Assembly (NCBI GenBank): GCA_030390025.1
Contig: CM059431.1
Coordinates: 106,518,001-106,582,000, forward strand
Source of the DNA: Squalus acanthias
Lineage: Eukaryota
Length of the DNA: 64,000 nucleotides
Reading direction: 5' to 3'
This document shows positions 52,190 to 64,000 of the stretch, in pieces. Position numbers and translations under genes: made by a program. Every line of letters starts with the position of its first letter. Position 1 is the stretch's first letter. A model generated the notes under the pieces. The model saw nothing but the letters and a program-made list of their open reading frames with translations. It made no database searches and was not told where the DNA came from.

Positions 52190-52827
52190 GTAAGATACCC
52201 CCCTTGACCTGTTCAGGCATTTGAAATGCTGCTTCAAGATGCCTATAGCATGTTTCAGGATGATCCTCGTTGCCTTGTTTTATTTATGAAGCCTGCAGGG
52301 GATAGCCAGGCCTCCAAGGAGCTATCCTTGCATTCCTCATCCTCTCTCAAATAACCCTGGCACGGTGGATTGACTTCAAATGACGATATCATTACTGCCA
52401 TCTGGGAAGCAGGCATTCCCTTGCATGATCAAGTTTTGCTTGTCACAGCCAACTGGTACATTGATGGGGTGGAAGCTCTTGCGGTTCATGAAGCTCACAT
52501 GGGATTGTGCTCGGGGCCTGTAAGACCACACGAATGGCGTCAGTCCTGGTCTTTGAGGAATCCTGCCACGTAAAAAAAAGAAATCACACAGTGGTCCCAC
52601 TCTGCTGCCGGGGAACTGATGGAATTGTTTAACTTAGCAAATACTGCATCAGTCACCTGGTCGATATGTCTGTGAACTGCAGATCGGCTGATCTTGTCAC
52701 TGGTAGCTTGATTGCATAACGGTTCAGGGCTGTAATGACCTTGACGGGTACAAGGCACTGCCATCCATTATAGGAGGTGGCACAACTCTGTCAGTACCAT
52801 TCATGTCATTATCTGAAAAGACAGTTT
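52190..52827 (-). pseudogene. Old Harbinger transposase relic (N-terminus continues beyond 53506)
   Basis: VPVKVITALNRYA, ISRSAVHRHIDQVTDAVF and FMNRKSFHPINV align with the 60285 transposase. Confidence 0.8.
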
Positions 52828-53505
52828 GGCCCGTATTTTCCGATGCCTACGGGTGTGTACGCGCTGTGTACACACCTGTAGGGACATCAGAAATGCCGGT
52901 CTTTCCGATCTGTCAATGCTCTTGACAGATCGGACGCCTGCCCGGGAGAAGGGCCTCTGCGGGTGGAGAGTTCCGCTTTCTGGAGAACCTCCGCCCGCAG
53001 AAAACCCTTAGAAATCTTACGTCTGGACGGCGTACTTTTACCAGCATAAGAGTTGAAAAAAAGTTTTAAAATTTCACTCAATTATAATTTAAAAATACTT
53101 TTAAAAAAGGTAAGTTTATTTTTAGTCCCGTAAAAAACGTATTCTTGTTTAAAATATTTAATTTATTGTAATTTTAACTCATTTTAAAAACTTGATTTAA
53201 AAAAAAAATGATTTAATGTTTTACTGTGTTTTTGGGGTGATCGTCATTCATATATTTGACAGGTCTATCTGTCAAAAGTATGAAGGGAGATTCCCTTCTG
53301 CTATTGGCTGGCCTGGCCCACGTGATCCCAGGGACGCTTGCGAACTGCCTGCGCATCTGGGATACCTGGGCCCTGCGCATTTCGAGTTTGGAGAGGCCCA
53401 GGAGCGGAAGTGTACGCACCTCGGGAGCCCTCAGGTAAGTTTGTAGATGTTTTTCCAATAGGAGGCATCCGCACGCAGGAAGCCTCCTATCGGAAATTAC
53501 GGGCC
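52828..53505. mobile_element. Harbinger-type MITE B
   Basis: TIRs GGCCCGTATTTTCCG / CGGAAATTACGGGCC; TSD TTT. Confidence 0.85.
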
Positions 53506-54548
53506 TTTATCTCCAACATTCCACGGGTATGTGTGCTTCAAGCTTCTGCAGAGGAACAGCATTTTGAGTCGTTAACAGTTCACCTCTAATACAAGCTGCC
53601 CAGCTTTGCCTCCCTCCTTTTCTCCTTTTCTTCATCCTCCAAGTAACCCAAAAGGAGTGGAATATCCATTGGAATATCCCTTATTTCAGGACAATACCAG
53701 CAACGAGAAATCCAATGCCAAAACTCTTAGCCAGGAGCCTCTAAAATTAAACAGACAGAAATTAACATGAAAAAAACAACACCCTGCTTATGAAAATGCT
53801 ACTTTCTGCGATTCTTCTAGGGTCCCCTTTAAATGCTGACATCCTGTCATCTCAAAAAGTGCCTGACCTGGTAGTGCAACGTTAGGTAGGTGCGTTATTG
53901 ACGTCTCCGCTCTCCTGTCAGCTTGATATCTTGAGGGTACACTGTGTTGGGCTATGCTCTCAGCAAGGAACCTCACTCAACAAAGCACGGATAAGAAAAT
54001 TGGGCACGTAGGTCAGCATGCCTGCTTCGCTGATCTGTGCCCCTGTGGTGAGGCTCCCTGCCGGTGCCGTGTACTGACTGCATTTATCCTTCTGCCTCTG
54101 TTTGGTGTTGATCCTCTGCTGATGACCCTGCTGAGATTGGCAACTCGCTTTCATTGCAAAGCTCAAATGGAAATGTCAGCTGCCAAGGTTGATTTGAACC
54201 CAGATCTGTTAGTTCGCAGAGCATGCATTAAGGATGTATTTGTTGTTTTTATAGAGTTTTAGCTTCCTGAAATACTTGGCTTGTGCTAAACGTGCTATTA
54301 AAGGGGAACACCGCTGTATGTTTGATGCCTTCAGGGCAAAGCTCTCCCTCTCTTAAATCTTCCATGCAAAGGTGTTGAAAATTTCTTGTACCTGAATGGA
54401 AAATTCCTTATCTTAATCTATGTCCTACATCCACGTGGAAAACTGACAATTCAGAAGTTGGTAGAGTTGCACTTGGCTGATGCCAACCAATGGTTCAGTC
54501 AAGAAGCATTTTCATTGACTTGATATTTCAGACTCCCTGTTAGCCCTA

Positions 54549-54997
54549 AAAAAGAACTTGCATTTATATAGCGCTTTTCATGACCTCAGGAAGTCCCAAG
54601 CACTTTGCGGCCAATTAAGCACTTTTAAAGTGTTGTTACTGTCGTAATGTAGGAAACGAGGAAGCCAACAGCAAGGTCCCAGAAATAACAATGAGATAAT
54701 GACCAGATAATCTGTTTTTGCGAAAGAAGTTGAGGGATAAATATTGTTCAGGACACCAGGGAGAACTCCTCTGCTCTTCTTCGAAATAGTGTCATGGGAT
54801 CTTATATGTCCACCTGCGAGGGCAGATGGGGCCTTGGCTTAACATCTCACCTGAAAGATGGCACCTCCGACAGTGCAGCACTCCCTTAGTTCTGCACTGG
54901 GAGTGTCAGCCTAGATTATGTGCTCAGGTCCCTGGAGCGTGACTCAAACCCACAACCCCTGACTCAGAGGCGAGAGTGCTACCAACTGAGCCAAGCT
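54549..54997 (-). mobile_element. DeuSINE
   Basis: Reverse-complement head, core and tail. Confidence 0.85.
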
Positions 54998-55789
54998 GCT
55001 TGTTTAAAGCCACTCCTGTGTTCATATAATGCGATTTAGTCCCAAACGCAAAAGAGCACAGAGCATGGAGTTGGTGCACCGCACAGGGATACTTAAGTTA
55101 AATAAAAGGAGAGATTACAATAAATAGATAAAGCACATAACAAAATGAGGTCATGCTAATTGAGACTGATCCTGGATTCAAATGGTTAACAGTACATTTT
55201 CAATGAACGATACTTTGGATATTATTTTTAATTACAGCAGCGCTAGATCAGCGTACAACTGTCCAAGCTGTGTGGGTGTGTTTGTGTAGACCGAATGACA
55301 CGGTAAGATGGACACGTAGATCGTGTTTGGAGGATCATATTCTGTTCAGAGCAGAATGACCTGGCCACCCAAGGTTTATAGCAGGACTGTCATAATTCAC
55401 TTCACACCTAGGCAGGTGTTAAATTACTTATCTAATGCAGCAGCTCACTGTTTCTCATCAGCTGAAAATGGCAAAATACTCATATTAGTCATGGTGGGGG
55501 GGGTCGCCAGCTTTGCAGCTGAATGCAACTTTGGAGTCCAGGGTAAATTTTTAATTTGGAGACACAGCTAGAGAAAGCAAGTTCCCACTGCTTATACAGG
55601 ACTGTAGAGACCAATCCAGTTGTAGATTCACAATAAACTTAAATTTGTTGTTCAGTACAGAGACAGAGAAAGTCCCGACAGTATTATTACTGTGCCATTC
55701 AGCCTCTGAATTCAGCCTCTAAAAATCACCAGGATTTAAGGAGACAGGGTCTGGAATCTCATCAGTCTGGGAGTCTAGTGACAGCAACC

Positions 55790-56172
55790 CACGCGTGCGC
55801 ACACAGACACGCACGACCCAGACACGCACACACGCATGACACAGACCCGCACAGGTAGACACGCACGACACAGGCACACACGATGCAGACACGCACGACA
55901 CACATGCACAGGTAGACACGCACGACACAGGCACACACGATGCAGACACGCACGACACACACGCACAGGTAGACACGCACGACACAGGCACACACGATGC
56001 AGACACGCACGACACACACGCACAGGTAGACACGCACGACACAGGCACACACGATGCAGACACGCACGACACAGGCACGCACGATGCAGACACGCACACA
56101 CAGACCCGCACAGGTAAACACGCGCGACACAGACACGCACACGAGACATGCAATGCACAACACACACAGACA
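55790..56172. repeat. CA-rich minisatellite, 57-bp unit (~4 core copies)
   Basis: Unit GCACAGGTAGACACGCACGACACAGGCACACACGATGCAGACACGCACGACACACAC. Confidence 0.9.
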
Positions 56173-56914
56173 CAATATCCACAATAACTTTGAATGTTCT
56201 GTGTTAGTTTGCACCAGCTTGTTTATTGGACACATCTCTGAAGAAGAGCTTGCCTGCAGTCTCTGAGTCACTTGATTCATGAAGCCTATGCACGTCAGTA
56301 CAACTGAATTCATCTGGCAGGTTGTCAACACATGTTCTGCAAAAGCAGTAAAAAGTTTTTACAGACGCAGGTTATTCACAACACGTGGAAATGATCCCTG
56401 GCTGCAGATATGTTGTGACTTGCAGTGTTAAACAGAGATTTTCGCTATCAGTAAGAACCAGATTTAAAAAAACAAATTATTAGCTTTAATGTGTTTCTGT
56501 TATCTCCTGTCTGGTCCTGGTGATTTTTATTTTGTAATTGGTGAAGGCCTGGGCACGTGTGTCTCACCTGCCCCTCTCAGACATGGGTGGTGGGATGGTT
56601 TGGGTCAGAAAATTGGGACAGGCCCATTCACTTCCAAACAAATGAACTAGAAAAAGAACTCTTCCAGCGGCAGATGACATCTTCCAGGGGATTGGTTTGG
56701 AAAAGCTACTGAACCCGACATGAAAGAGCTGAATAATGAAAGCAAATAAAACACCAAACCTCAGCTCCTTGTCATCTCTAGCTATTTAAGAAAAAATGTT
56801 CTTACATTTAATTTTGGTAAAAAGCCATTTGTATTTTGAAGCACAAATAAGGGCATGTTTGCACTGTGAATTTAAAGCAGATAAGAAGCAATTCCTCCTT
56901 TGTTTTCTTGTTCC

Positions 56915-57287
56915 TTGTTTTCAAATCCCTCCATGGCTTCGCCCCCTCCCTATCTCTGTAATCTCCTCCAGCCCCACAAACCTCCGAGATATCTGCGCTC
57001 CTCTAATTCTGACCTCTTGAGCATCCCCGATTTTAATTGTCCCACCATTAGCGGCCTTGCCTTCATCTGCCAAGGCCCCTAAGCTCTGGAATTCCCTCCC
57101 TAAACCTCTCTGCCTCTCCACCTCTCTTTCCTCCTTTAAGACGCTCCTTAAAACCGACCTCTTTGACCAAGCTGTCCTAATTCTCCTTCTGTGGCTCGGT
57201 GTCAAATTTTGTTTCATAACGCTCCTGTGAAGCGCCTTGGGACGTTTTACTGTGTTAAAGGTGCTACATAAATACAAGTTGTTGTTG
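56915..57287 (+). mobile_element. L2-type LINE 3' end
   Basis: PPYLCNLLQP...LRSS; (GTT)n tail. Confidence 0.85.
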
Positions 57288-57531
57288 CTTTGCTCACATT
57301 GTGAATCCCGTGCCAGGTCCCGACCTGATTCCGGAGTGAGGCTACACCAGTACAGAAGTATCAATCTAATGTGGTGTAAAACCTGGTCTACAAAGTGCTC
57401 TGGGCGGGGGTTTCATTAGCTTTTAGCTCCTCCCTGCTCCAAGCATTTACTTTTCTATCTATTGGGAGAGAGCTTCACCCGATGTCTGTATCCAGCCATG
57501 CACACATACAGTCCGAGAATGGTAGCTGCAG

Positions 57532-57830
57532 GTGTCAGCCATATCTAGCCTCAGAGTCAGAAGGTTGTGGGTTCAAGTCCCACTCCAGAGACGTTATCCC
57601 TGGTGTCTGGGGGCCAATATTTATCCCTCATCCAACATCACTAAAACTGATTATCTGGCCATTATCACATTGCTGTCTGTGGGACCTTGCTGTAAACAAA
57701 TTGGCTGCTGCATTTCCTACATTACAACAGTGTCTACACTTCAAAAAGTACTTAATTGACTGTTAAGTGCTTTGGGACGTCCTGAAGTCGTGAAAGGCGC
57801 TATATAAATGCAAGTCTTTCTTTCTTTCTT
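57532..57830 (+). mobile_element. DeuSINE with large internal deletions
   Basis: Head remnant, 3' core and tail. Confidence 0.75.
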
Positions 57831-58637
57831 AAGTGCACTCTTAGTTATTCCATCTCCTCCATCTGCCAAGGTACGTATCTGTTACAGATGCACCGCGAAG
57901 GAGGAACCAGAGTTCAATTCAATACGACAGCCCTGTGTTCCCAAACTGATTTCATTCCTTTAAAAGGAACTGTTAAGCTGAGAGATTTTCTACTCCTCTC
58001 TGTGTACTTGCAGCATATTTAATACAAGTACAATATTTATTGCTTGTCCCTCACATTGCCTGAATCTCTACGGAATTCTGTACCCTCTGGGCAAGCCTTT
58101 TTTTATAAACCTTTTACCTCAAACAGTATGAGGCTTAAAAAATCACTTACGAGTAGAACAATTATTCTACTGGGATGTTAAGAATGGCTTGACTATATTA
58201 ATAAAATCTTCAATAACAATAAATTTATCAAATTATTTCCATGCGGATTTTTTTGCCTAGTCTTTACTTCTTTTTATTTTCCTATTGTCCATGTTCTCGA
58301 TTTGTTCCTTAATATCAATTGTTTTTTGTTTTCCTATCCATAATTGCTGAACTTCGTTTCTGGCACCCACCAATACATTGTCCACTTTCCGAGGGAGGAT
58401 TACCTGGCTGAAAGATCTGCCTCTGACTGGTTGAAAAATGGATCCGCCTAGTTTTTTTTGTTCAGCCAATAAGAAGATAGTTTAGTCATGTTTAACCTGA
58501 TGGCATTATCAGAGGGATAGGTGAAATATCATCGGGTAAATTCCACAATGTTCTGCTGCTGGTTGGAACTTTGTTCGTAAGTGCGGATTGGAGAACTGGG
58601 TGTAGAGATTAAAGCACCTGGTTAAAGGATCAAATCA

Positions 58638-59320
58638 GAACATAAGGACATAAGACGGAGGAGCAGGAGTAGGTCATTTGGCCCCTCGAGCCTGCTCCGC
58701 CATTCAATAAGATCATGGCTGATTTGATCATGGCCTCAACTCCAGTTTCCTGCCCGCTCCCCATAACCCTTGACTCCTTTATCATTCAAAAATCTGTCTA
58801 TCTCCACCTTAAATATATTCAATGACCCAGCCTCCACAGCTCTCTGGGGTAGAGAATTCCAAAGATTCACGACCCTCTGAGAGAAGAATTTCCTCCTCAT
58901 TTCCGATTTAAAAGGGTGACCCTTATTCTAGATTCCCCCACGAGGGGAAACATCCTCTCTGCATCTACCCTGTCAAGCCCCTTCAGAATCTTATATGTTT
59001 CAATAATATCCCCTCTCATTCTGCTAAACTCCAATGAGTATAGGCCCAACCTGCTCAACCTTTCTTCATAAGATAACCCCTTCATCTCTGGAATCAACCT
59101 CGTGAACCTTCTCTGAACTGCCTCCAATGCAAGTATATCCTTCCTTAAATAAGGAGACCAAAACTATACGCAGTACTCCAGGTGTGGTCTCACCCAACGC
59201 CCTGTACAGTTGTAACAGGACTTCCCTACTTTTATACTCCATTCCCTTTGCAATAAAGGCCAACACTCCATTTGCCTTCCTAATTACTTGCTGTACCTGC
59301 ATGCTAACTTTTTGTGATTC
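58638..59320 (-). mobile_element. CR1 3' part
   Basis: AVQRRFTRLIP...GDIIETYKIL on -. Confidence 0.9.
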
Positions 59321-59898
59321 CCGACGTCGGGAAACCCCGCCAGGGTCACCGAGGCGGGCAGTGAGTCTGCGGGGGTTGGAGGGGTGCAAAAGTGCACTGT
59401 GGAGGTGAGTGATGGGTGCAAGTGTGGAGAGGTAAGTATGTGAGGTAAGTGGAAAGTGATAGAAAATGTTTACTTACCTTTGTTTCTTCCTGCAGGCTTC
59501 AACAGTTGGGGATGCGGAGACTCTCGCATCTCACCGACAGAGATGACAGATGGCTGCTGCATTCTCCAATGCAACAGCCATCTCATTTCTGCTCACAAAA
59601 GAGGTTTGATGAGTCTTGAATACAAGGACTCATCAAACAACATAGAATGTTAGTGTTTGACAGCTTCACAGAGCTGTCAAACGATAACAATTTCTCTGTC
59701 AAAAATTTTTGACAGATGAAACGTCATACGCTGACGTTCTCTGTAACCAGCTTCCCCTTAATTGGCCTGCTAAGCCCGGTGGGCGGGCTTAACAAAGACA
59801 ATCAAGGGAAAATAGAGTGGGTTGGCCACAAGTCGATGGAGGCGGGACTAAAACCCGACAAGCAGCAGTCCCCGCCTCCATTGGCAAAAATGCCCCCC
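59318..59898. mobile_element. Harbinger-type MITE A, left end missing
   Basis: Highly similar to 8493-9073; right TIR TGGCAAAAATGCCCCC. Confidence 0.85.
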
Positions 59899-60284
59899 CA
59901 GTGATGGGAGAGGCACTTAAGGTAGTTGACAAGCTTGTTAACTACTTGTTAACTGCTATTTTGACAAGGTTTTTCAATGTTGCCACATTTTCAGCGTGTT
60001 CTACGTCGTTCGGCAAACACGGCAGCTGATTGTGTCGGGTCTTCCAACAAGCTGAATCGTTCACAGCTGCAACTGTGGCTTAAAAGCTAACCTGTCACAT
60101 CAGTTCAATTTCAAATGCCAGAACTTTCTGATTTCAGGATTTGGAAGACATATTTCAGGTGTATTGAGGTTGTAAGTGTGTGTTGTGAGATCTATATGTA
60201 CTGTGACCTCCTTGGAATAACCTCGCTCCACATTGACTGAGCGCTTATTACATCTCATCCTTAACTGACATATAGACCAGCAAA

Positions 60285-61493
60285 ATGGGAACCATTTATT
60301 TCCTTTCATCCTGGTCCTCAGATTCGGAGGAACAGCAGCCGTGGCAGCAGCAGAACCAGGCTCACCAGCAGCACCAACAACAGGAGCATCAACCTTCTCC
60401 TCAGCCACCTGATGCTGCACAGGGCAGAGGCCATCAGCGCAGGGCTGCACTGCGCTGCAGGAGATACCCCCAACACAGGGTTTACAGGCAGAGGATGAGC
60501 TTCCTCAGCATGACTGAGCAGCAGTGCCAAAGGAGGCTGAGACTTTCGTGAGAGATTGTAGCAGACATCTGCACAATGCTGCACCAAGACCTGCAGCCCA
60601 GAGGAGCGGGTGGACACTCCTTACCAGTGGCTGTCAAAGTCACCACTGCCCTCAACTTCTTTGCTTCAGGATCCTTCCAGGGATCAGCAGCAGACATCAG
60701 TGGCATCTCCCAGTCGGCCGCCCACAGATGCATCACGCAGGTTACCGATGTCCTGTTTGCCAAGTCGGCCAATTACATTCACTTCTCAAAGGATGAAGCA
60801 AGTGTTACTGCACGGGTGGTTGAGTTTGCCAATCTGGCAGGCTTCCCAAGGGTGCAGGGCATCATCGAATACACCCATGTGGCCATCAGGGCACTCCATC
60901 ACAACCTAGCTGTATTTGTGAACCGCAAGGGCTTCCACTCCCTTAACGTCCAGCTGGTGTAGAACCACAGGAAGAACATTATGCATGTGTGCGCGAATTT
61001 CCATGACTCGTACATCCTGCGCCAGTCCACTGTGCCTCAGCTCTTCAATCTGCCAACCCAATGACCGAGACAAGGGCTATCCCCTGAAGACATGGCTAAT
61101 GACACCGATGAGGAGGCCATCAAATGAAGCTGAGAGCGCTACAATGACAGCCACATTTCCACCAGAAGCATCATGGAGCAAACCATAGGGTTGCTCAAAA
61201 CACACTTCAGGTGCCTGGACAGATCTGGTGGAGCCCTACAGTAAGCACCAGCCAGGGTTTCCAGAATCATCGTGGTCTGCTGTGCCCTGCACCACATCGC
61301 ACTGCAGCGTGGCTTACCACTGCCTGAGGAACAAGTGGCAGAGCGCACAGCCTCCTCAGAGGAGGAGGAGGAAGAGACGAATGAGGCTGCAGATGAAGAC
61401 CTGGCGTCAGCGGCTGTCCCAGTGCGACTAGCACATGAGCACATTGCTGGCCGTGAGGCAAGGGATGGACTAATCCATGCCAGATTTGCGTAA
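60285..61493 (+). pseudogene. Harbinger (HARBI1-like) DDE transposase, disrupted
   Basis: [67 protein letters not shown]; stops, deletion and frameshifts. Confidence 0.92.
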
Positions 61494-61788
61494 CTTTACA
61501 CAGCACAGACATATGGTTAGCACATGCACATGAGGGTTGGCAGGACCTCCCTTCCACACCATAGAGCATCTGAACAATGAACCATGCATTCCTATCACTC
61601 TCCACACCATTACTGCAGATGAAAGGCGCCCTCACCTCTCAGTGTGCCACTTCCAATTTTGAGCACACATAGGGCAACGCATTGAAACATTCACGTCGCA
61701 TTACTTTAATACAATAAAAATGAAGAGCACAAACGTAACTTGTTTATATGAAAAAACCCAAGTGACTACCCTTGTGACTATTTGTGTG

Positions 61789-63337
61789 TTAGCTTTCTCT
61801 TATGTGTACTTCTACGTGGTGCTTCCCCTGTGGCTTCAGCAGATGTAGAGGCAGCCTGCTCACTTCCCTGCTGTGCCTGCTTAGACGCCTTTGGCGATCG
61901 TTCTCTGGGTTTGGGAGCCTTGGAAGGTCACGCCAAAGTCTGCTCCTCCTGCGGCTGTGCAGGAAAGAGTTGGCCATCTCTGTTGGCTAAGGCATCTGGG
62001 GCTCTGACCTAGGGCTCGGCAGTGGCATGGGAGTGTGAGTACTTGGAGAGGAGCCCCCACTTCCTTGTTCTCGACCACCACCATCTCTCTCATGGGTAAC
62101 CCACACTTCACTGCTAGCAAGTAGCTGGAGAGCATCTTGCTGCACATCAGTGGGGCCATGTGGACCCGTCTCTGTACTGACAGTCCTCATAACGGGGACA
62201 TCTATGTACCCCTGGTTCCTCTCCTTTATGGATGCCCATCTATCCTCCATAGCTGATCATCCATCTAGAAGAGTCACCATGTTGGTTTGTGTCTGGCGAT
62301 TTATGTCCTCCATGGAGGTTGCCATCCTTTCCATGGTGGCACCTACATTCGCCATTGCCTCCACCACAGCATTGCTCATGTTTGAGATAGACTCCCCCAT
62401 TCTCTGCACACTCACAGTTACCATGGATGCAAACCCAGACAGAGCCTCCTGCACTTGTTCCTGAAGCTCCAGCACCACTCTCTTTCTGGATGGCCCCCAA
62501 GGCACAGGGTCCACATGCAGCTGAGCAGAGCTAGGAGCGTCCTGCGGCCTCCAACGAGGACTTTCCACTGCTGCCCCTGTCTCCACCATCTGCTGATGCT
62601 CACTTGTGAGCTGTGATGCACCAGGTGACAACACTACTCTATCTCGCAAACGACCCACTGAGGTGTGCATCTCTGCGCTGGTGCAGGGTGCACTCATTTC
62701 TGCTGACACTGCTCCCTCAGAGGCTGGAGGCTTCTCTGAGAAGGCCTCCTACTCTTCCTCCAGCACAGTGGGGAGGTAGGCTTTTGATGGTCCTGTGGGG
62801 GAGTAAAGGCATGAGTTAGACATGTGATATGTAGGTTGCAGACACATCCCATTGTGCAGATGATCAGCATTCAATTTCTATGAACATCAGATCCCATATG
62901 AGTCATGAATGCAAAATCAGTGGGTTGGAAATCAATTCTGTCACCAGCTTGCTGTACTGCGTCCGTCCCTCTGTCCCCCACTTCCAGCTCCTCTGCACCT
63001 CCCACGATCTCCAGAGGTACCTCCTCAGCGTGCGTTAGATGCGCCACGGATGGTGGGCCTCCTCCTGTCCTCCCCCTCTCCCTCTTATTGTGGGCTCTCT
63101 TTTCCTGCAATGAGGGAGACAAGTGGAGTTTCAGAGAGATTGATGGAGTGAGTGTAAAGAATGGATAACACTGACCTCCTCAGCAATTTTCAGCCAGGCT
63201 GCCTTGGTGTGCTGAGAAGACTTCCTCCTTCCATCGGAAGGGAAGAGGACCTCCTTGCTTCCTCTTACTCCCTCCACAAGAGCATGGAGGGAGTCATCAG
63301 CAAACCGGGGAGCAGCCTTGGTCCCTTGCACTGCCAT
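61789..63337 (-). pseudogene. Harbinger Myb/SANT-like partner ORF, spliced, disrupted
   Basis: APRFADDSLHALVEGV..KEVLF..AWLKIAEEV; exon 63104-62945 EKRAHNKRERGRTGGGPP; acceptor before 62792; 3' boundary approximate. Confidence 0.8.
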
Positions 63338-63567
63338 GCCTGCAGAAAAAAGAAAGTCCTAATCAAAGGGGACATGGCCCCCTTAAATATAGAGGCTCCC
63401 AGCGCGTCATCAAGCTTGATCAGCTGACCCGCACCCACCGATTGGGTCTTTAATGAGGCCAATCTGGGGGAAATCATTATTGTAGGGTGGCTGGAACTGG
63501 GAGCGGGACCGGAACCCGCCAAACGCGGACTCGCCATCATCCCGCCTCCGGGTGGAAAATCCAGCCC

Positions 63568-63737
63568 TTCGTCTCTTCTGCGATACCCCTGTTAAATACC
63601 CCATTAAAAGTTAGACCCTTTGGATTAGGTGTAACTGGGGTTTTAACAGTGTATTGACTGTTAAACAAAGGTTATGGCCCTGAAAAATTCATTTTAATTT
63701 TGTGGAGTTTCAACTTTATTCATTTTAATAAAACTTA
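63568..63737. mobile_element. MITE E internal fragment (target of the Harbinger insertion)
   Basis: Reverse complement of ~31700-31870. Confidence 0.7.
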
Positions 63738-64000
63738 GGGGTAGAAATTAGGCCGCGCCCCATTTGGGGCGCAAATATCGTCTGGATGCAAATATTAGCG
63801 CCTGGCGCTAATTATCGGCACTGACGGGAAACTTCACTTTTACCGCCCCGGGAGGTGAGTGGAGCGCTAAATCAGGCGCTGCACACCTGTCTTAAGGCGC
63901 AAAGGCCAAGGAGTGAGGCGCTACCTCAGAGCGCTGGCGAAGCTCATGTAATGTCAGTCAGCAATGGAACACACACACAATGGCACGGGCCAGTTCTTAA
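63738..64000. mobile_element. MITE F end (runs off the window)
   Basis: GGGGTAGAAATT terminus; reverse complement of ~48711-48974. Confidence 0.85.

Larger units (their letters stand above)
59900..63567. mobile_element. Autonomous-type PIF/Harbinger transposon (decayed; left TIR lost)
   Basis: Convergent transposase and Myb/SANT-like ORFs; right TIR AAAATCCAGCCC. Confidence 0.9.

Noticed and set aside
55849..56120. CRISPR-like repeat-spacer array
   Set aside because: The spacers are themselves repeated, there are no cas genes, and the context is eukaryotic
55719..56331. Cys/His/Arg-rich ORFs (148-189 aa) resembling metallothionein or keratin-associated proteins
   Set aside because: Open on both strands only because the 57-bp CA-rich repeat lacks stops; no gene context
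60256..60276. U12-type branch point TCCTTAAC upstream of the transposase ATG
   Set aside because: No RTATCCTT donor upstream; more likely an ordinary U2 intron or chance
60285..61493. Domesticated HARBI1 gene
   Set aside because: Multiple stops and frameshifts, with a TIR and partner ORF present, so it is a transposon copy
49738..63737. MITE E pieces at 49738 and 63568 as one element split by a 13.6-kb composite transposon
   Set aside because: No matching TSD or left TIR at the 49915 junction; independent fragments are simpler

Overview
Repeat-dense vertebrate DNA, most likely a shark or other chondrichthyan. The inference rests on SacSINE1-like DeuSINEs, an HE1-like V-SINE and CR1, L2 and RTE LINEs, all recognised by eye. 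I could not support any host protein-coding exon; the window looks like a large intron or gene desert with AT-rich unique blocks resembling conserved non-coding elements. Main contents: (1) a decayed, nearly complete autonomous PIF/Harbinger transposon (~59900-63567; DDE transposase on +, spliced Myb/SANT-like partner ORF on -), older Harbinger relics, and about a dozen Harbinger-type MITEs in ~6 subfamilies (12-bp GG...AATT/TTTT TIRs, 3-bp TSDs); (2) Penelope-like fragments carrying minimal hammerhead ribozyme cores, including a perfect 96-bp inverted repeat, a 37-nt solo-tail insertion and a circularly permuted ~400-nt unit; (3) many DeuSINEs and LINE 3' ends, often nested. The most unusual signal is that two Harbinger MITE lineages keep hairpin arrays whose stems change sequence between subfamilies but stay paired, next to promoter motifs and splice sites. 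This suggests a mobile structured-RNA or promoter-exon cassette, but it is untested. All family names are by-eye calls, and coordinates of degenerate elements are approximate.
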